Assembly: GCA_965204605.1 (NCBI GenBank)
Contig: OZ241999.1
Location: 364,598-428,597 of the forward strand
DNA: 64,000 nucleotides
Source: Dehalococcoidia bacterium
GTDB lineage: Bacteria > Chloroflexota > Dehalococcoidia > Lucifugimonadales > JADFKI01
Direction: 5' to 3'
Part shown: one piece after another, positions 18,992-29,053 of the stretch
Layout of the letters: each line of letters begins with the position of its first letter
How positions within the stretch are numbered: the first letter of the stretch is position 1
Made by a program: the position numbers and the translations under genes
The notes under the pieces: generated by a model
Told to the model about the DNA's origin: nothing
Seen by the model: the letters and a program-made list of their open reading frames with translations, nothing else
Databases searched by the model: none

Positions 18992-21900
18992 CTAGGGCGA
19001 CGATTCGGTTCTGATGCCTACGCGGGCGTAGTCGGTTTCGCCGCCGGTCGTAACCGCAAGAACGCGGTAGATGTATCGCGTGGATGGCTGGATGCCGTTG
19101 GTGTCCGTGTAGGAAGTAACGCTTGCCCCAACATTTATGGGATCGTCGAAGTCCTCACCCTGCACGCGGCGGTATATCTGATAGCCGGTTACGGTGGTGG
19201 TTACATCTGCGTTCCACGCATCCCATGCCAGCGAAATGCTGTTGTGCGTAGCGGTGGCGCGCAGGTTTTCGGGAGCTTCCAGGCTGCCCGGCGTGGGCGT
19301 CAGCGTGGGTGTGTGCGTGCGCGTAGCCGTAGGCGTCCACGTCGGGGTAGGCGTGAGCGTGGGCGTCCATGTGGGCGTGGGCGTATGCGTGCGCGTGGGG
19401 GTAGCCGTCGCCGTGCCTGTAGGCGTCGCCGTTGCCGTGCGAGTTGCGGTTGGCGTGGCTGTGGCCGTGCCCGTTGCGGTAGCCGTGCGCGTGGGCGTTG
19501 CGGTGGCTGTAGGCGTCGCTGTGGCTGTGCGTGTAGGCGTGCCGGTGTGCGTGGCTGTGGCCGTAGCCGTCGGCGTGGGCGTGCCGGTATGCGTGGCAGT
19601 TGCCGTTGCAGTGGCGGTAGCCGTCGGAGTAGGTGTGCCGGTATGCGTAGCCGTTGCAGTGGCGGTAGCCGTCGGAGTGGGCGTGTGAGTGCGCGTTGGC
19701 GTGGCGGTTGCCGTAGCCGTGGCTGTGCGTGTAGGCGTAGCAGTAGGCGGCACCGGCGTGTCTGTCGGCGTTGGCGTTGGCGTGCCGGTATGCGTGGCCG
19801 TAGCCGTGGCTGTGCGTGTAGGCGTAGCAGTAGGCGGCACCGGCGTGTCTGTCGGCGTGGGTGTTGGTGTGCCGGTATGCGTGGCCGTTGCCGTCGCTGT
19901 GCGTGTAGGCGTAGCAGTAGGCGGCACCGGCGTGTTTGTAGGCGTGGGCGTAGGTGTGCCGGTATGCGTGGCGGTAGCCGTTGCCGTGGCGGTTGCTGTA
20001 GGCGTGGGCGTGCCGGTGTGCGTAGCGGTAGCCGTTGCTGTAGCGGTAGCCGTCGGAGTGGGCGTGCCGGTGTGCGTGGCAGTAGCGGTAGCCGTTGGTG
20101 TGGGTGTGCCGGTATGCGTAGCGGTGGCCGTAGCTGTTGGTGTAGGCGTGCCGGTGTGCGTGGCCGTTGCCGTAGCCGTCGGAGTGGCCGTACCTGTATG
20201 CGTGGCGGTTGCCGTTGCTGTCGGCGTGGGCGTGCCAGTGTGCGTAGCAGTGGCGGTTGCCGTGGCTGTGGGTGTAGCAGTAGGCGGCACCGGCGTGTCT
20301 GTCGGCGTGGGCGTGTGAGTGCGCGTAGGCGTGGCGGTAGCAGTTGCCGTCGCAGTGGCGGTAGCCGTCGCCGTTGGTGTAGGGGTGCCGGTATGTGTAG
20401 CGGTTGCCGTTGCTGTCGGCGTCGCCGTGGCAGTATGCGTAGCCGTCGGCGTGGCGGTTGCCGTCGCGGTGGCTGTAGGTGTTGCCGTCGCCGTGGGCGT
20501 ATGCGTTGCCGTCGCGGTGGCGGTGTGCGTAGCGGTTGCCGTGGGGGTGGGCGTTGCCGTGGCTGTATGCGTCGCCGTTGCCGTGGCTGTATGCGTTGCT
20601 GTCGCGGTGGCAGTGTGCGTAGCGGTTGCCGTCGCCGTGGGAGTTGCCGTCGCCGTCGCGGTGGGCGTCCCCGTTGCCGTGGGCGTGTGTGTCTCCGTCG
20701 GCGTTGCCGTCGCTGTGGGCGTATCTGTGGACGTCGGAGTCGCGGTAGGCGTATGCGTCTCCGTGGGCGTTGCGGTTATCGTGGGCGTGAATGTAGCCGT
20801 CGGCGTTGCGCTTGGCGTGGGCGTGGCTAGTATCGGTGGGCCTTCCGCAACCGGGGGATTTTCCACAATCAAGACCTGCGTGGGCGTCGCCGTGGGGGCG
20901 GGCCGGGGCGTTGATGTAGGCGCAATGGTGGGCGTGGGCGTCGGCGTGGGAGCCGGCGGACGCGTTGCCGTAGGCGTTGCGGTGGGCGCTGTTGTGGGCG
21001 TTGGCGTGTAGGTAGCCGTATGCGTTGCCGTAGCCGTCGGCGTGGCCGTTGCTGTAGAGGTTGCCGTCGGCGTGGCGGTTGCCGTAGCAGTTGCCGTCGG
21101 TGTAGGCGTGGCCGTAGCAGTTGCCGTCGGTGTAGGCGTGGCCGTAGCCGTCGGGGTGGCGGTTGCCGTAGCGGTAGCAGTGGGCGTAGCCGTCGGTGTA
21201 GGCGTGCCGGTAGGCGTAGCGGTAGCCGTTGGAGACGGCGTGTGAGTGCGCGTCGGCGTGGCGGTTGCCGTGCGCGTCAAGGTTGCCGTGGGCGTCGGCG
21301 TGGGGGCGTTGTTGCTGACGAGGTTGTTCGTGTTTATATTCGCGGCCTGAGAGAACGCCGCGGTCACTTCGGTAGGCTCCTGCGTCGCTGTGGGCGCGGG
21401 CGTGGAAGACGCCGTGGCCGTGGGCGTTGTTGTGGACGTGGGGGGGACCACCACCGTGTTCGTGGGAACAACCGGCGCCTGCGTGGGCTCTTCAACAACC
21501 TCGTCGTCCTCGTCTTCATCATCCTCGTCATCGCCGCCGCTATTCCGCGCCGATGTAACGGCGGTGGACGTGGCCTCGCGAACAAAGGGCGTGGCGGTGG
21601 CGGTAGCCGTCCATGTAGCGGTGGGGACGCGCGTGGGCCAAGCGGTAGCCGTAGATTCGGGCGACGCCGTTTCGGTTGGCTGGGGGGAAGGCGTAGCCGT
21701 AGCAGGTTCGGCCGTCGAAGTTTCGGTTGGCGTGGGGGAAGGCGCAACCGTGGGTTCGGCGGTCGGAGCTTCGGTTGGGATGATGAGCGGCGTGGCGGTG
21801 GGCGTCGCCAGGGTTTCCCTGGAAAGGGGACGCTCTACGGCGGTCTCAGTGGGCGCAAGCGCAACCACCGGCGTGGGCGGTGGCGGCGGGGGGGACGGCA

Positions 21901-21997
21901 CAACGCCGAAGCCGCCCACGGCCGCCGCAGTGCTGACAGCAGCGCCGCTGACGACTACCAGTAGGTTGGCTATGGGGGATTCGGCAAGCAGGTTCAT
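18992..21997 (-). CDS. Cell-surface protein: signal/anchor helix, ~850 aa Thr/Pro/Ala repeats, C-terminal fibronectin type III domain
   Basis: The frame is fixed by the non-repetitive C-terminus: [23 protein letters not shown]...GYQIYRR......YTDT.....TRYIYRV.AV (Fn3). It also has an N-terminal hydrophobic helix and an acidic block ([17 protein letters not shown]). Confidence 0.7.
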   Translation of the reverse strand: MNLLAESPIANLLVVVSGAAVSTAAAVGGFGVVPSPPPPPPTPVVALAPTETAVERPLSRETLATPTATPLIIPTEAPTAEPTVAPSPTPTETSTAEPATATPSPQPTETASPESTATAWPTRVPTATWTATATATPFVREATSTAVTSARNSGGDDEDDEDEDDEVVEEPTQAPVVPTNTVVVPPTSTTTPTATASSTPAPTATQEPTEVTAAFSQAANINTNNLVSNNAPTPTPTATLTRTATATPTRTHTPSPTATATPTGTPTPTATPTATATATATPTATATPTPTATATATPTPTATATATATPTATSTATATPTATATHTATYTPTPTTAPTATPTATRPPAPTPTPTPTIAPTSTPRPAPTATPTQVLIVENPPVAEGPPILATPTPSATPTATFTPTITATPTETHTPTATPTSTDTPTATATPTETHTPTATGTPTATATATPTATATATHTATATATHTATATATHTATATPTPTATATHTATATATHTPTATATPTATATATATPTATHTATATPTATATATHTGTPTPTATATATATATATATPTRTHTPTPTDTPVPPTATPTATATATATHTGTPTPTATATATHTGTATPTATATATHTGTPTPTATATATHTGTPTPTATATATHTGTPTPTATATATATATHTGTPTPTATATATATATHTGTPTPTPTNTPVPPTATPTRTATATATHTGTPTPTPTDTPVPPTATPTRTATATATHTGTPTPTPTDTPVPPTATPTRTATATATATPTRTHTPTPTATATATATHTGTPTPTATATATATATHTGTPTPTATATATHTGTPTRTATATPTATATPTRTATATGTATATPTATRTATATPTGTATATPTRTHTPTPTWTPTLTPTPTWTPTATRTHTPTLTPTPGSLEAPENLRATATHNSISLAWDAWNADVTTTVTGYQIYRRVQGEDFDDPINVGASVTSYTDTNGIQPSTRYIYRVLAVTTGGETDYARVGIRTESSP
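19300..21300. repeat. Coding micro/minisatellite (ACN-GCN/CCN hexamer periodicity with nested 87-bp repeats)
   Basis: About 2 kb of (gtNgcN)n on the plus strand. An 87-bp unit recurs at 19731, 19818 and 19905 (peptide [29 protein letters not shown] x3). Boundaries are approximate. Confidence 0.85.
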
Positions 21998-22166
21998 TTA
22001 CTAAAGACCGCCTTGCAACCTATGTGTGATTGCCCGCTTTTGAGGGCGGCGGTAGGGATGGCGGGACGCTTCGGCTGATTCGCTTAACCGGAGCGTCCGA
22101 AATTGGCGAGTGATTGAACCTTTGCGGGTTGGCGTTTCGGGGTTGGCACAGCGAGCGGCGCGCGCT

Positions 22167-22736
22167 CTAAAGCGTCCCCATCAGGATGATTATCGCCGCC
22201 ATTGGCGGGTAGAACATCGCCAGCGAGGATATGAACATGGACTGCATAAGCCCGTTGCGCGGCTCTTTCTTCTGCTCGGAGGTGTTCATGGAGTAGTCGA
22301 TGTTTTCTTCGCTGATGTGGCGCACGTGTTCGTGCAGCGCGCGGAACTGGCGCTCTTGGGATTGGAAGTGTCCGTCTAGGAACCAGAAGCCCAGCACGGG
22401 CAGGCATATGACGAATATGGGAATGGACGCTACGGAGTCCGAATTGCTGACGAACAAGCCCAGCAGGGTCGCGGTGAGGATTATCGTCCAGCCCTTCAGC
22501 AGGATGGAGTTGTTCTCTAGGCGGTCTATGCTGCGCTGAATGAACTCGAGGTGTTTGGGCTTGTTTTCGACGATGACGAATTCGCTGCGCTCTGACCTTG
22601 CGCGGCTACGCGTTGTGGCGGCTGCGCTCTCTGCTGGGCGAGCCGCTTCGCGCTGCGCGTCGTCCGCTGTCTCGCGCGGGGCGGCTGCCGCCTCGGCTCG
22701 AGTATCGCGCTCTCCGTGTTCCAGCGTTGCAACCAT
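22167..22736 (-). CDS. Hypothetical 3-TM membrane protein with disordered Arg/Ala/Glu-rich N-terminus
   Basis: 189 aa: an amphipathic helix (HLEFIQRSIDRLENNSILLKGW), then two TM helices, then FWFLDGHFQSQERQFRALHEHV and a third TM helix. I remember the ..NS.LLKGW....FW.LD..Y..QER.FR.L motif from uncharacterised bacterial proteins but cannot name a family. Confidence 0.45.
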   Translation of the reverse strand: MVATLEHGERDTRAEAAAAPRETADDAQREAARPAESAAATTRSRARSERSEFVIVENKPKHLEFIQRSIDRLENNSILLKGWTIILTATLLGLFVSNSDSVASIPIFVICLPVLGFWFLDGHFQSQERQFRALHEHVRHISEENIDYSMNTSEQKKEPRNGLMQSMFISSLAMFYPPMAAIIILMGTL

Positions 22737-22974
22737 AGCGCCACCTCATGTTTGAGATTTTCTTCAACGGGTAAGTTATACTTATGAGCGTCGGCGCAAC
22801 GCCATATGCTCACAAGATCACGGCGAAGCCAATGCGCCTTTATTATAGTTTAACTTATACTACAAATCTACGCAATTAACAAGACTGCTACGCCCAATTT
22901 CCGCGAAATCCAAAATTGCGGGTATTACGCAAGCAAGGCATTGGGCAAAAGGGCGGTTTTATAGACTGAACTCA

Positions 22975-25629
22975 ATGACAACACGCCCAATAACCTGTTC
23001 CATATGCGGGGGCGGCGCGCATTCGGGCGCAAAGTTCTGCGGCTACTGCGGCGCTGAGTTGCGGCGGGCATTCGCTTGCGGGCGGTGCGGCGGCGAAAAT
23101 CCTGCGACAAATCGATTCTGTGGATATTGTGGGGTTGAGATTGGCGTTGCGACGGCTGTGGCAGATGCGCCTCAAGCCAGTGCTGTACAGCAGCAACCCG
23201 CGCCTGCAGCCGAGGCGCCTACGCATGTATCTGCGCCAACCGCTGCGCCGCCGTATATGCGCCCGGCGGCAACGCAAGCGCAAGGTTCGCAAGTCCAAGC
23301 TTCACAAACGCAAGACGTACAGACGCAAGGTTCGCAAGCGCAAGACGAATTGCGCGGCGTGTTCGGTTGCCCGCGGTGCGGGGGCGAAAACCCTGCGGCG
23401 AACCGCTTTTGCGGCTATTGCGGCGCTGCTAGGGACGCTGCGATGGCTGTAGCAGATGCGCCTCAAGCCGCTACCGTGCCGCCGCAACCCGTGCCGACGC
23501 CCGTATCATCGCCAACATCTGCGCCGCCGCAACCTGCGCCTGCCGCTGCATCTGCGCCGCCGCCAGCCGCGCTTACCGCCACGCCGCCGTATGCAGACTC
23601 GACGGCAACGCAAGCGCAAGATGTATGGACGCAAATTTCGTTAGCGCAAGCCGAATTGCGCCGCGTTTTGGCGGGGGTTCGCAGCGCGCTGGCGCCGTTT
23701 TCCAACTGGATTATGATGGGCGGGGCGCTGCTGGCGTTTGGCGCGCATGTCAGCCTCATCAGGCATTCCGAGGGGGATGCGCCGCCGATGACGCTGGCGC
23801 TGCTTGCGCTAGGCATAGGCGTGTTCGCGCTGGGGGCATTCGCAAGCGCAAGCGCGCAGCGCATCGCGGATCCGTTGAGCGGCGTAAGGCTGCCGTCGGC
23901 GTTGCTGCCTATGCGATCTGCGCCGCTCAGGATTGCGGCGGCGCTAATCGGCGGGGTGGCGCTGGCGCTGCTATCGGAGCGCATGCTTGCGGGGGAGACG
24001 GCCGGTTGGAACTTGCTGCTGTGGTTTGCGGCGCTGGGGGCGTTCTTGGCGCTGTTCGCATCGCGACCGCGTATGCCGCGCCGCATATCGCGGGGGCGCT
24101 TGCTCGACGTTCTGATTGTACTCGCGTTGACGGCGTTGTTCATCGGGTTGAACGCGCGCGATCTCAATCATTGGTACTACTCCGCCATCGGGGACGAGTA
24201 CGCCCACTTCACGCTCGCCCGAACCGTCATACAGGAAGGCATACAGCGTCCGTTCAGTCAAGAGGGCGTCTATAATCATCATCCGTATATGGTTTCCATA
24301 TATCAGTCCATCTTTATGTGGCTGTTCGAAGTGAACAACTTCTGGTGGCGGTTCACATCCGTATTGAGCGGGGCGCTGGCGATACCGGGGATGTACATAG
24401 CGGGCTACATGATCGGCGGGCGGCGGGCGGCGATTGCGGCGGCGGCGCTGCTGGCGTTCAGTCACTATATGTTCGCATTCTCGCACGGCGGCTTCGCGCA
24501 CCTAGATTCGCTTCAGGTAACCGTGTGGGCGGTGGCGCTGCTGCTGCTGGGAATGCGGCGCAACAGCCGAATGCTGCTCTATGCGGCGGGCGTGGCGGCG
24601 GGATACGGGCTTTACACGCACTACTCCGGCAGGATTGCGGGTCCGGTCGTACTGCTTTTCGTACTGACTGCCGTTCAACCGCGCGATTGGCGCAGTCTTT
24701 GGCCGCTTGCGCTGGGCATAGCGACCGCCGCGCTTCCGACGCTGCTGCTGGAGCGCGAGACGCTCTTCACGCGGATGTTCGGACAGGTGGTAGGCGGCTA
24801 TGACGCGAACATTTCGGGCGCAATGGGCGAGCGCATTATCAACAACATCGTCAACAACGGGGCGGCGTTTAGCTACAACCCTCTATCGCATACCTATGTA
24901 GCGGGGGCGCTGCTAGACCCGATAAGCGCCTACATCGCCGCGTTGGGGCTGGGGTTTGCGATAGGACGAATAGGAGTGCCGTCCGCGCGTCTGCTGGTGA
25001 TATGGTTCGTGGTTGCGTTCACGGTCGTGGGCGTCTTGAACCCGCATAGCGCGGTAGCGATAACGCGCATGTATTCGGTATTGCCGCCGCTGCTGCTGAT
25101 GGGCGGACTGCTGGCGGCGCGCCTGCTGGACGGACTGCTGCCGCTTGGCAAGGACGCCATCCCGAATAGGGCGAAGCTGCTTCAGACGGCGGGCGTAATG
25201 GCGCTGGTGGGCGCGGCGGTTCTGGCGCTGAACATACGGCAGTTCGCGTTCGAGACGCCAAAGGCATATCACACCACGCAGGAAGCCTTGGCGATGGGAG
25301 CGCTGCAAACTCACCCGGCTTGCGTCGGCGGGCGGCTTGAGGATGCGGTGATGGTGGCGGAGAACACCGAAAGCCTGCTGCAACTCGTACTCGAGGCGCG
25401 CTATCCGAACCGCGCGCTGCCGCGCCGCATAGAGCATCGGCATATACTCGACGGAACGGCGGCGCCGATCGATGCGCCGAGCTGCGTCATATATCTGCAT
25501 CCCAATCAGGACGCGGCGCTGACGCTCAAGGCGGATATGGAGCGGCGCTATCCGAGCGGCGAATACGCGGCGTTCAGCGGCTATTTCGGCGGGCCCGAAG
25601 TAGAGATTTTCACGGCAAACGCCCGCTGA
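22975..25629 (+). CDS. Triple zinc-ribbon N-terminus fused to a GT-C fold (PMT/ArnT-like) membrane glycosyltransferase
   Basis: Three C..CG......FCGYCG ribbons separated by Ala/Pro/Gln linkers, then about 12 predicted TM helices. A GDEYAH motif sits in the first extracytoplasmic loop (DE motif of GT39/GT83 enzymes). A soluble C-terminal domain follows. Confidence 0.6.
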   Translation: MTTRPITCSICGGGAHSGAKFCGYCGAELRRAFACGRCGGENPATNRFCGYCGVEIGVATAVADAPQASAVQQQPAPAAEAPTHVSAPTAAPPYMRPAATQAQGSQVQASQTQDVQTQGSQAQDELRGVFGCPRCGGENPAANRFCGYCGAARDAAMAVADAPQAATVPPQPVPTPVSSPTSAPPQPAPAAASAPPPAALTATPPYADSTATQAQDVWTQISLAQAELRRVLAGVRSALAPFSNWIMMGGALLAFGAHVSLIRHSEGDAPPMTLALLALGIGVFALGAFASASAQRIADPLSGVRLPSALLPMRSAPLRIAAALIGGVALALLSERMLAGETAGWNLLLWFAALGAFLALFASRPRMPRRISRGRLLDVLIVLALTALFIGLNARDLNHWYYSAIGDEYAHFTLARTVIQEGIQRPFSQEGVYNHHPYMVSIYQSIFMWLFEVNNFWWRFTSVLSGALAIPGMYIAGYMIGGRRAAIAAAALLAFSHYMFAFSHGGFAHLDSLQVTVWAVALLLLGMRRNSRMLLYAAGVAAGYGLYTHYSGRIAGPVVLLFVLTAVQPRDWRSLWPLALGIATAALPTLLLERETLFTRMFGQVVGGYDANISGAMGERIINNIVNNGAAFSYNPLSHTYVAGALLDPISAYIAALGLGFAIGRIGVPSARLLVIWFVVAFTVVGVLNPHSAVAITRMYSVLPPLLLMGGLLAARLLDGLLPLGKDAIPNRAKLLQTAGVMALVGAAVLALNIRQFAFETPKAYHTTQEALAMGALQTHPACVGGRLEDAVMVAENTESLLQLVLEARYPNRALPRRIEHRHILDGTAAPIDAPSCVIYLHPNQDAALTLKADMERRYPSGEYAAFSGYFGGPEVEIFTANAR

Positions 25630-25799
25630 TGGATGCACCGCCGGGCTTACGCGCACTTGCGCCGTTTGCGTCGAATGGCGTCGACGGCTACCCTAATCTA
25701 GTTCGGGAAAACGCCGTATCGTAATCGTATCGGATACGGCGCGCGCAATCATAGGAATTCGCATAGACAAACGCAAAAACGCAATGGAGGCAAAAGAGT

Positions 25800-26831
25800 A
25801 TGTTCGATAGACTGGCAGTTGTGGGGACGGGCGCAATCGGCAGCGTGATAGGCGGGTATCTGTCGCGGGCGGGGCGGGATATAACGCTGATAGACACATG
25901 GGCGGCGCATGTGGACGCAATGAAGGCGGGCGGGCTTAGCGTAACCGCCGAGAACGGCGAGTTCACCACACCGGTCAACGCGCAGCACTTGGGCGACGTC
26001 AACGCCACGCCGCAGCCGTTCGACGCCATATTCCTTGCGGTGAAGTCCTACGATACGGTGTGGGCGACGCATTTCGCGATGCGCTATCTCAAGCCTACGG
26101 GCGTCATCGTATCGGCGCAGAACGGCATCAACGACGAAACGATAGCGCCCATAGTGGGGTTTTCGCGCGAGATAGCGTGCGTCATAACGCTTGGGGCGGG
26201 CTTGTATGAGCCGGCAAAGGCGATACACACGGGCGATCCGCAGAAGCTTTCGTTCACGCTGGGCGAGCTGAACGGGCTGCCCACGGAACGCGTGCATGCG
26301 CTCGCCGATGTGATGAACGACATCGGGCCTACGAAGGTCAGCCGCAACATTTGGGGCGAGCGCTGGGCGAAGCTTGCGGTGAACAGTATGGCGAACCCAA
26401 TCGCCGCCTCTACGGGGCTTGGGTCTGCCGCTGTCAGGGGGACGCCGGGAGTGAACGATGTGTCCATCAACATAGCGGCGGAGGTGGTGCGCGTGGGGCA
26501 GGCGCTGGGGATACAGGTTGAGCCGATAAGCGGCATTCCGGCCGCCGACTATCTGCCTACGGACAACGCCGAAGCGATGGAGGATGTGAAAGCGCGGCTG
26601 GCTGAGGGGGCGTCGGCGCTGGGAGCGGGGCGTCCGTCGATGTTGCAGGATGTTATGAAGGGGCGCAAGACGGAGATTGACTACCTGAACGGCTATGTGG
26701 CGCAGCGGGGCGATATTGTGGGCGTGGATACGCCGTTCTGCGACGGGATTGTGGACATCGTGCGGCGGGTGGAGCGCGGCGAACACGCGCCGGATGAGGC
26801 GAATATCCGCCCACTGCGGGATATGGTGTAG
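25800..26831 (+). CDS. panE: 2-dehydropantoate 2-reductase (ketopantoate reductase, ApbA/PanE family)
   Basis: N-terminal Rossmann motif VVGTGAIGSVIGGYL, central LAVKSYD and QNG, and a C-terminal SMLQD...GR.TEID.LNG motif. Confidence 0.8.
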   Translation: MFDRLAVVGTGAIGSVIGGYLSRAGRDITLIDTWAAHVDAMKAGGLSVTAENGEFTTPVNAQHLGDVNATPQPFDAIFLAVKSYDTVWATHFAMRYLKPTGVIVSAQNGINDETIAPIVGFSREIACVITLGAGLYEPAKAIHTGDPQKLSFTLGELNGLPTERVHALADVMNDIGPTKVSRNIWGERWAKLAVNSMANPIAASTGLGSAAVRGTPGVNDVSINIAAEVVRVGQALGIQVEPISGIPAADYLPTDNAEAMEDVKARLAEGASALGAGRPSMLQDVMKGRKTEIDYLNGYVAQRGDIVGVDTPFCDGIVDIVRRVERGEHAPDEANIRPLRDMV

Positions 26832-26966
26832 GGCGACGGCTCTTGCGAAATGGCGGCAACGCAAAGGCGCAAGGGCGCAAAGTTGCAATAACGCTAGGCG
26901 GGCGGCGGTGTTCGGGGGACGCTTGATGCGCTGTCCCGACGATTGCATGCCGCCCGCGAATGCGTG

Positions 26967-27374
26967 TTAGCGCTTGGTGTACTGCTGGGCTTTGCGCGCC
27001 TTCTTGAGGCCGTACTTGCGGCGCTCTTTGACGCGCGGGTCGCGGGTGAGCAGGCCGGCGCGCTTGAGGGGCGCGCGCAGGGTAGGGTCGGCTTCTATCA
27101 GCGCGCGGGATATGCCGTGCCGCAATGCGCCCGCCTGTCCGGTGACGCCGCCGCCGCTGACTTTCGCAATCACGCGGAATTGGCCGCCGGAGTGGGTTAT
27201 CCTGAACGGCTCCATTATCTCGCGCCGCCAGTTGTCCCACGGGAACGCCTCTTCAATCGGCTTGCCGTTCACCACGATGGGGCCGGCTTCCATAAAGAGC
27301 CGAACCCTGGCGACGGCCGCCTTGCGTCTGCCGGTGGCGTAGTAGTAGTTCTCATTGGTCGTGGGCGTGGTCAA
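26967..27374 (-). CDS. rpsI: 30S ribosomal protein S9
   Basis: [16 protein letters not shown] ... GGG.TGQAGA.RHGI.RAL ... ends KR. Confidence 0.95.
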   Translation of the reverse strand: MTTPTTNENYYYATGRRKAAVARVRLFMEAGPIVVNGKPIEEAFPWDNWRREIMEPFRITHSGGQFRVIAKVSGGGVTGQAGALRHGISRALIEADPTLRAPLKRAGLLTRDPRVKERRKYGLKKARKAQQYTKR

Positions 27375-27833
27375 TTAGGCTTCCTCCCCCTGCTTGATTG
27401 ATTGGCTTCCCGCGAGCTGCGCTTGATGCGGATGGTCGGGGCCGGCATAGACTTTCATTCGGGCAAGCATATGCCGTCCCAATGCGTTCTTGGGCAGCAT
27501 GCCTTTTACCGAATGCGTGATTACGCGCGTGGGCGTCTTGTCGAGCATCTGCTGCAGGGTGCGCTCGGTAAGCCCGCCGTGGTAGCCGCTGTGCCGGTAG
27601 TACATCTTTTGCTGAAGCTTATTGCCGGTAACCCGAATCTTTTCGGCGTTGACCACTATAACATAGTCGCCGGTGTTCAGGTGCGGCACGTAGATGGGCT
27701 TGTGCTTGCCTTGCAGCAGCATCGCTATTTCGGATGACAGCCTGCCGAGCGTCTTGTCTTCGGCGTCTATGAGGTGCCATTCGGGTTTGAGTTCAGCCGA
27801 TTTCGTCTGATACGGCTTGTTGCTGTTAGCCAT
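27375..27833 (-). CDS. rplM: 50S ribosomal protein L13
   Basis: [31 protein letters not shown]...GD.V.VVNA. Confidence 0.95.
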   Translation of the reverse strand: MANSNKPYQTKSAELKPEWHLIDAEDKTLGRLSSEIAMLLQGKHKPIYVPHLNTGDYVIVVNAEKIRVTGNKLQQKMYYRHSGYHGGLTERTLQQMLDKTPTRVITHSVKGMLPKNALGRHMLARMKVYAGPDHPHQAQLAGSQSIKQGEEA

Positions 27834-27892
27834 TTGTTCACCAACTCTTTGTGTAGTTTGCGCGGCGCGGGTTCAACGCCGATTTGGGTTCG

Positions 27893-28672
27893 TTATAGCA
27901 ATGTAGGTTCGTCGATCGGATTGGCGGGCGGCGGGAAGTCGGCGTACTCCACGCTCACTAGGCACAATCCCTGCGGCGGCAGCGAGTGCGCCACCTTGTC
28001 GGTCTGTCCGTTGTCTATCATAGTTCGCAGGTCGTCGAGCGAAAGCCTGCCGCGCCCGACGTCGGCCAGCGCGCCCGCCATACGTCGAACTTGATGATGC
28101 AGAAAGGCGTTTGCCGCAACCTCAAAGGTTAGCATATCGCCTGACCGCACTAGCGCAACGCGGCTTACGGAGCGGACGCTGTTCGGCTTGTCCGGCCGAT
28201 GCGCCGCGAACCTGCGAAAGTCGTGCGCTCCGATGAACATTTCGGCCGCCGCTTGCATCCGCAACACGTCCAACGGCTGCGGTATGCGGCAGACAAACCG
28301 CCTTGCCAAGGGCGATGGCGTGGCGCTGTTTAGGATGCGATAGCGGTAGGTTCGGCGGCGGGCGCTGCGCCGCGGATCGAAGTCGTCGCCTACTTTGAAC
28401 GCAGCCTTGACGGCGATGTCGTCGGGCAGGTGGTAGTTCAGCGCGCCGATTGCGGTCGCCGGGGGATGGGCGGCGGCCGTGTCGAAGGCGATTACCTGTC
28501 CCAGGGCGTGTACGCCGGCGTCGGTGCGCCCGGCGGCTTTCACGCGCGCGCATTCGCTGGTGAAACGGCGTATGGCGCGCTCAAGTTCGCCCTGTATCGT
28601 GGGGGCATTCGCTTGGTATTGAAACCCGCGATAGCGCGTCCCTTCGTATTCAATTATTAAGGCAAGTCGCAT
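27893..28672 (-). CDS. truA: tRNA pseudouridine(38-40) synthase TruA
   Basis: MRLALIIEYEGTRYRGFQYQ and AGRTDAGVHALGQV (catalytic Asp). Confidence 0.9.
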   Translation of the reverse strand: MRLALIIEYEGTRYRGFQYQANAPTIQGELERAIRRFTSECARVKAAGRTDAGVHALGQVIAFDTAAAHPPATAIGALNYHLPDDIAVKAAFKVGDDFDPRRSARRRTYRYRILNSATPSPLARRFVCRIPQPLDVLRMQAAAEMFIGAHDFRRFAAHRPDKPNSVRSVSRVALVRSGDMLTFEVAANAFLHHQVRRMAGALADVGRGRLSLDDLRTMIDNGQTDKVAHSLPPQGLCLVSVEYADFPPPANPIDEPTLL

Positions 28673-28688
28673 AGCGGCGGCTTTGGCG

Positions 28689-29042
28689 CTACGGCATGAG
28701 TTCCAGCACGGCCATGGCGGCGGCGTCGCCTTTGCGCGGGATGGTTTTGGTCATGCGGGTGTAGCCGCCGGGGCGGTTCTCATAGCGTTGGGAGAGCTCG
28801 TCGAAGACTTTTCGCACGACGTCGCCGTCGGTCAGAAAGGCGGCGGCGCGGCGGCGGTCGTGTAGGCTACCGGATTTGCCGCGCGTGATGATCTTTTCGG
28901 CGAGCGGGCGCACTTCGCGCGCCTTGGCTTCGGTGGTCATTATGGACTCGTGTCTGAGCAAGTCCGTGACCATACCGCGCAGCATCAGCATTCGGTGCGC
29001 CGTGGGGCGGTTCAGTTTTCTGCCTGAGAGGCGGTGTCTCAT
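28689..29042 (-). CDS. rplQ: 50S ribosomal protein L17
   Basis: MRHRLSGRKLNRPTAHR..MLR.....L..HE.I.TT..KA.E.RP. Confidence 0.95.
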   Translation of the reverse strand: MRHRLSGRKLNRPTAHRMLMLRGMVTDLLRHESIMTTEAKAREVRPLAEKIITRGKSGSLHDRRRAAAFLTDGDVVRKVFDELSQRYENRPGGYTRMTKTIPRKGDAAAMAVLELMP

Positions 29043-29053
29043 AATCTACCTCT

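Noticed and set aside
19244-20830. 528-aa plus-strand ORF (and 19689..21011, 21020..21964 and others) opposite the repeat surface-protein gene.
   Set aside because: These are Arg/Cys/Gly- or Val/Ala/Gly-only translations of the antisense or off-frame repeat. Only the minus-strand frame ends in a well-formed Fn3 domain and begins with a signal or anchor helix.
25749-26948. 399-aa minus-strand ORF antisense to panE. Similar long antisense or off-frame ORFs occur at 10455..11543, 31250..32722, 49721..50977, 51859..53256, 56346..57563 and 7078..7920.
   Set aside because: All overlap strongly recognisable genes. All have the Arg/Pro/His/Gly-rich composition typical of non-coding frames in high-GC DNA, and none shows a recognisable motif.
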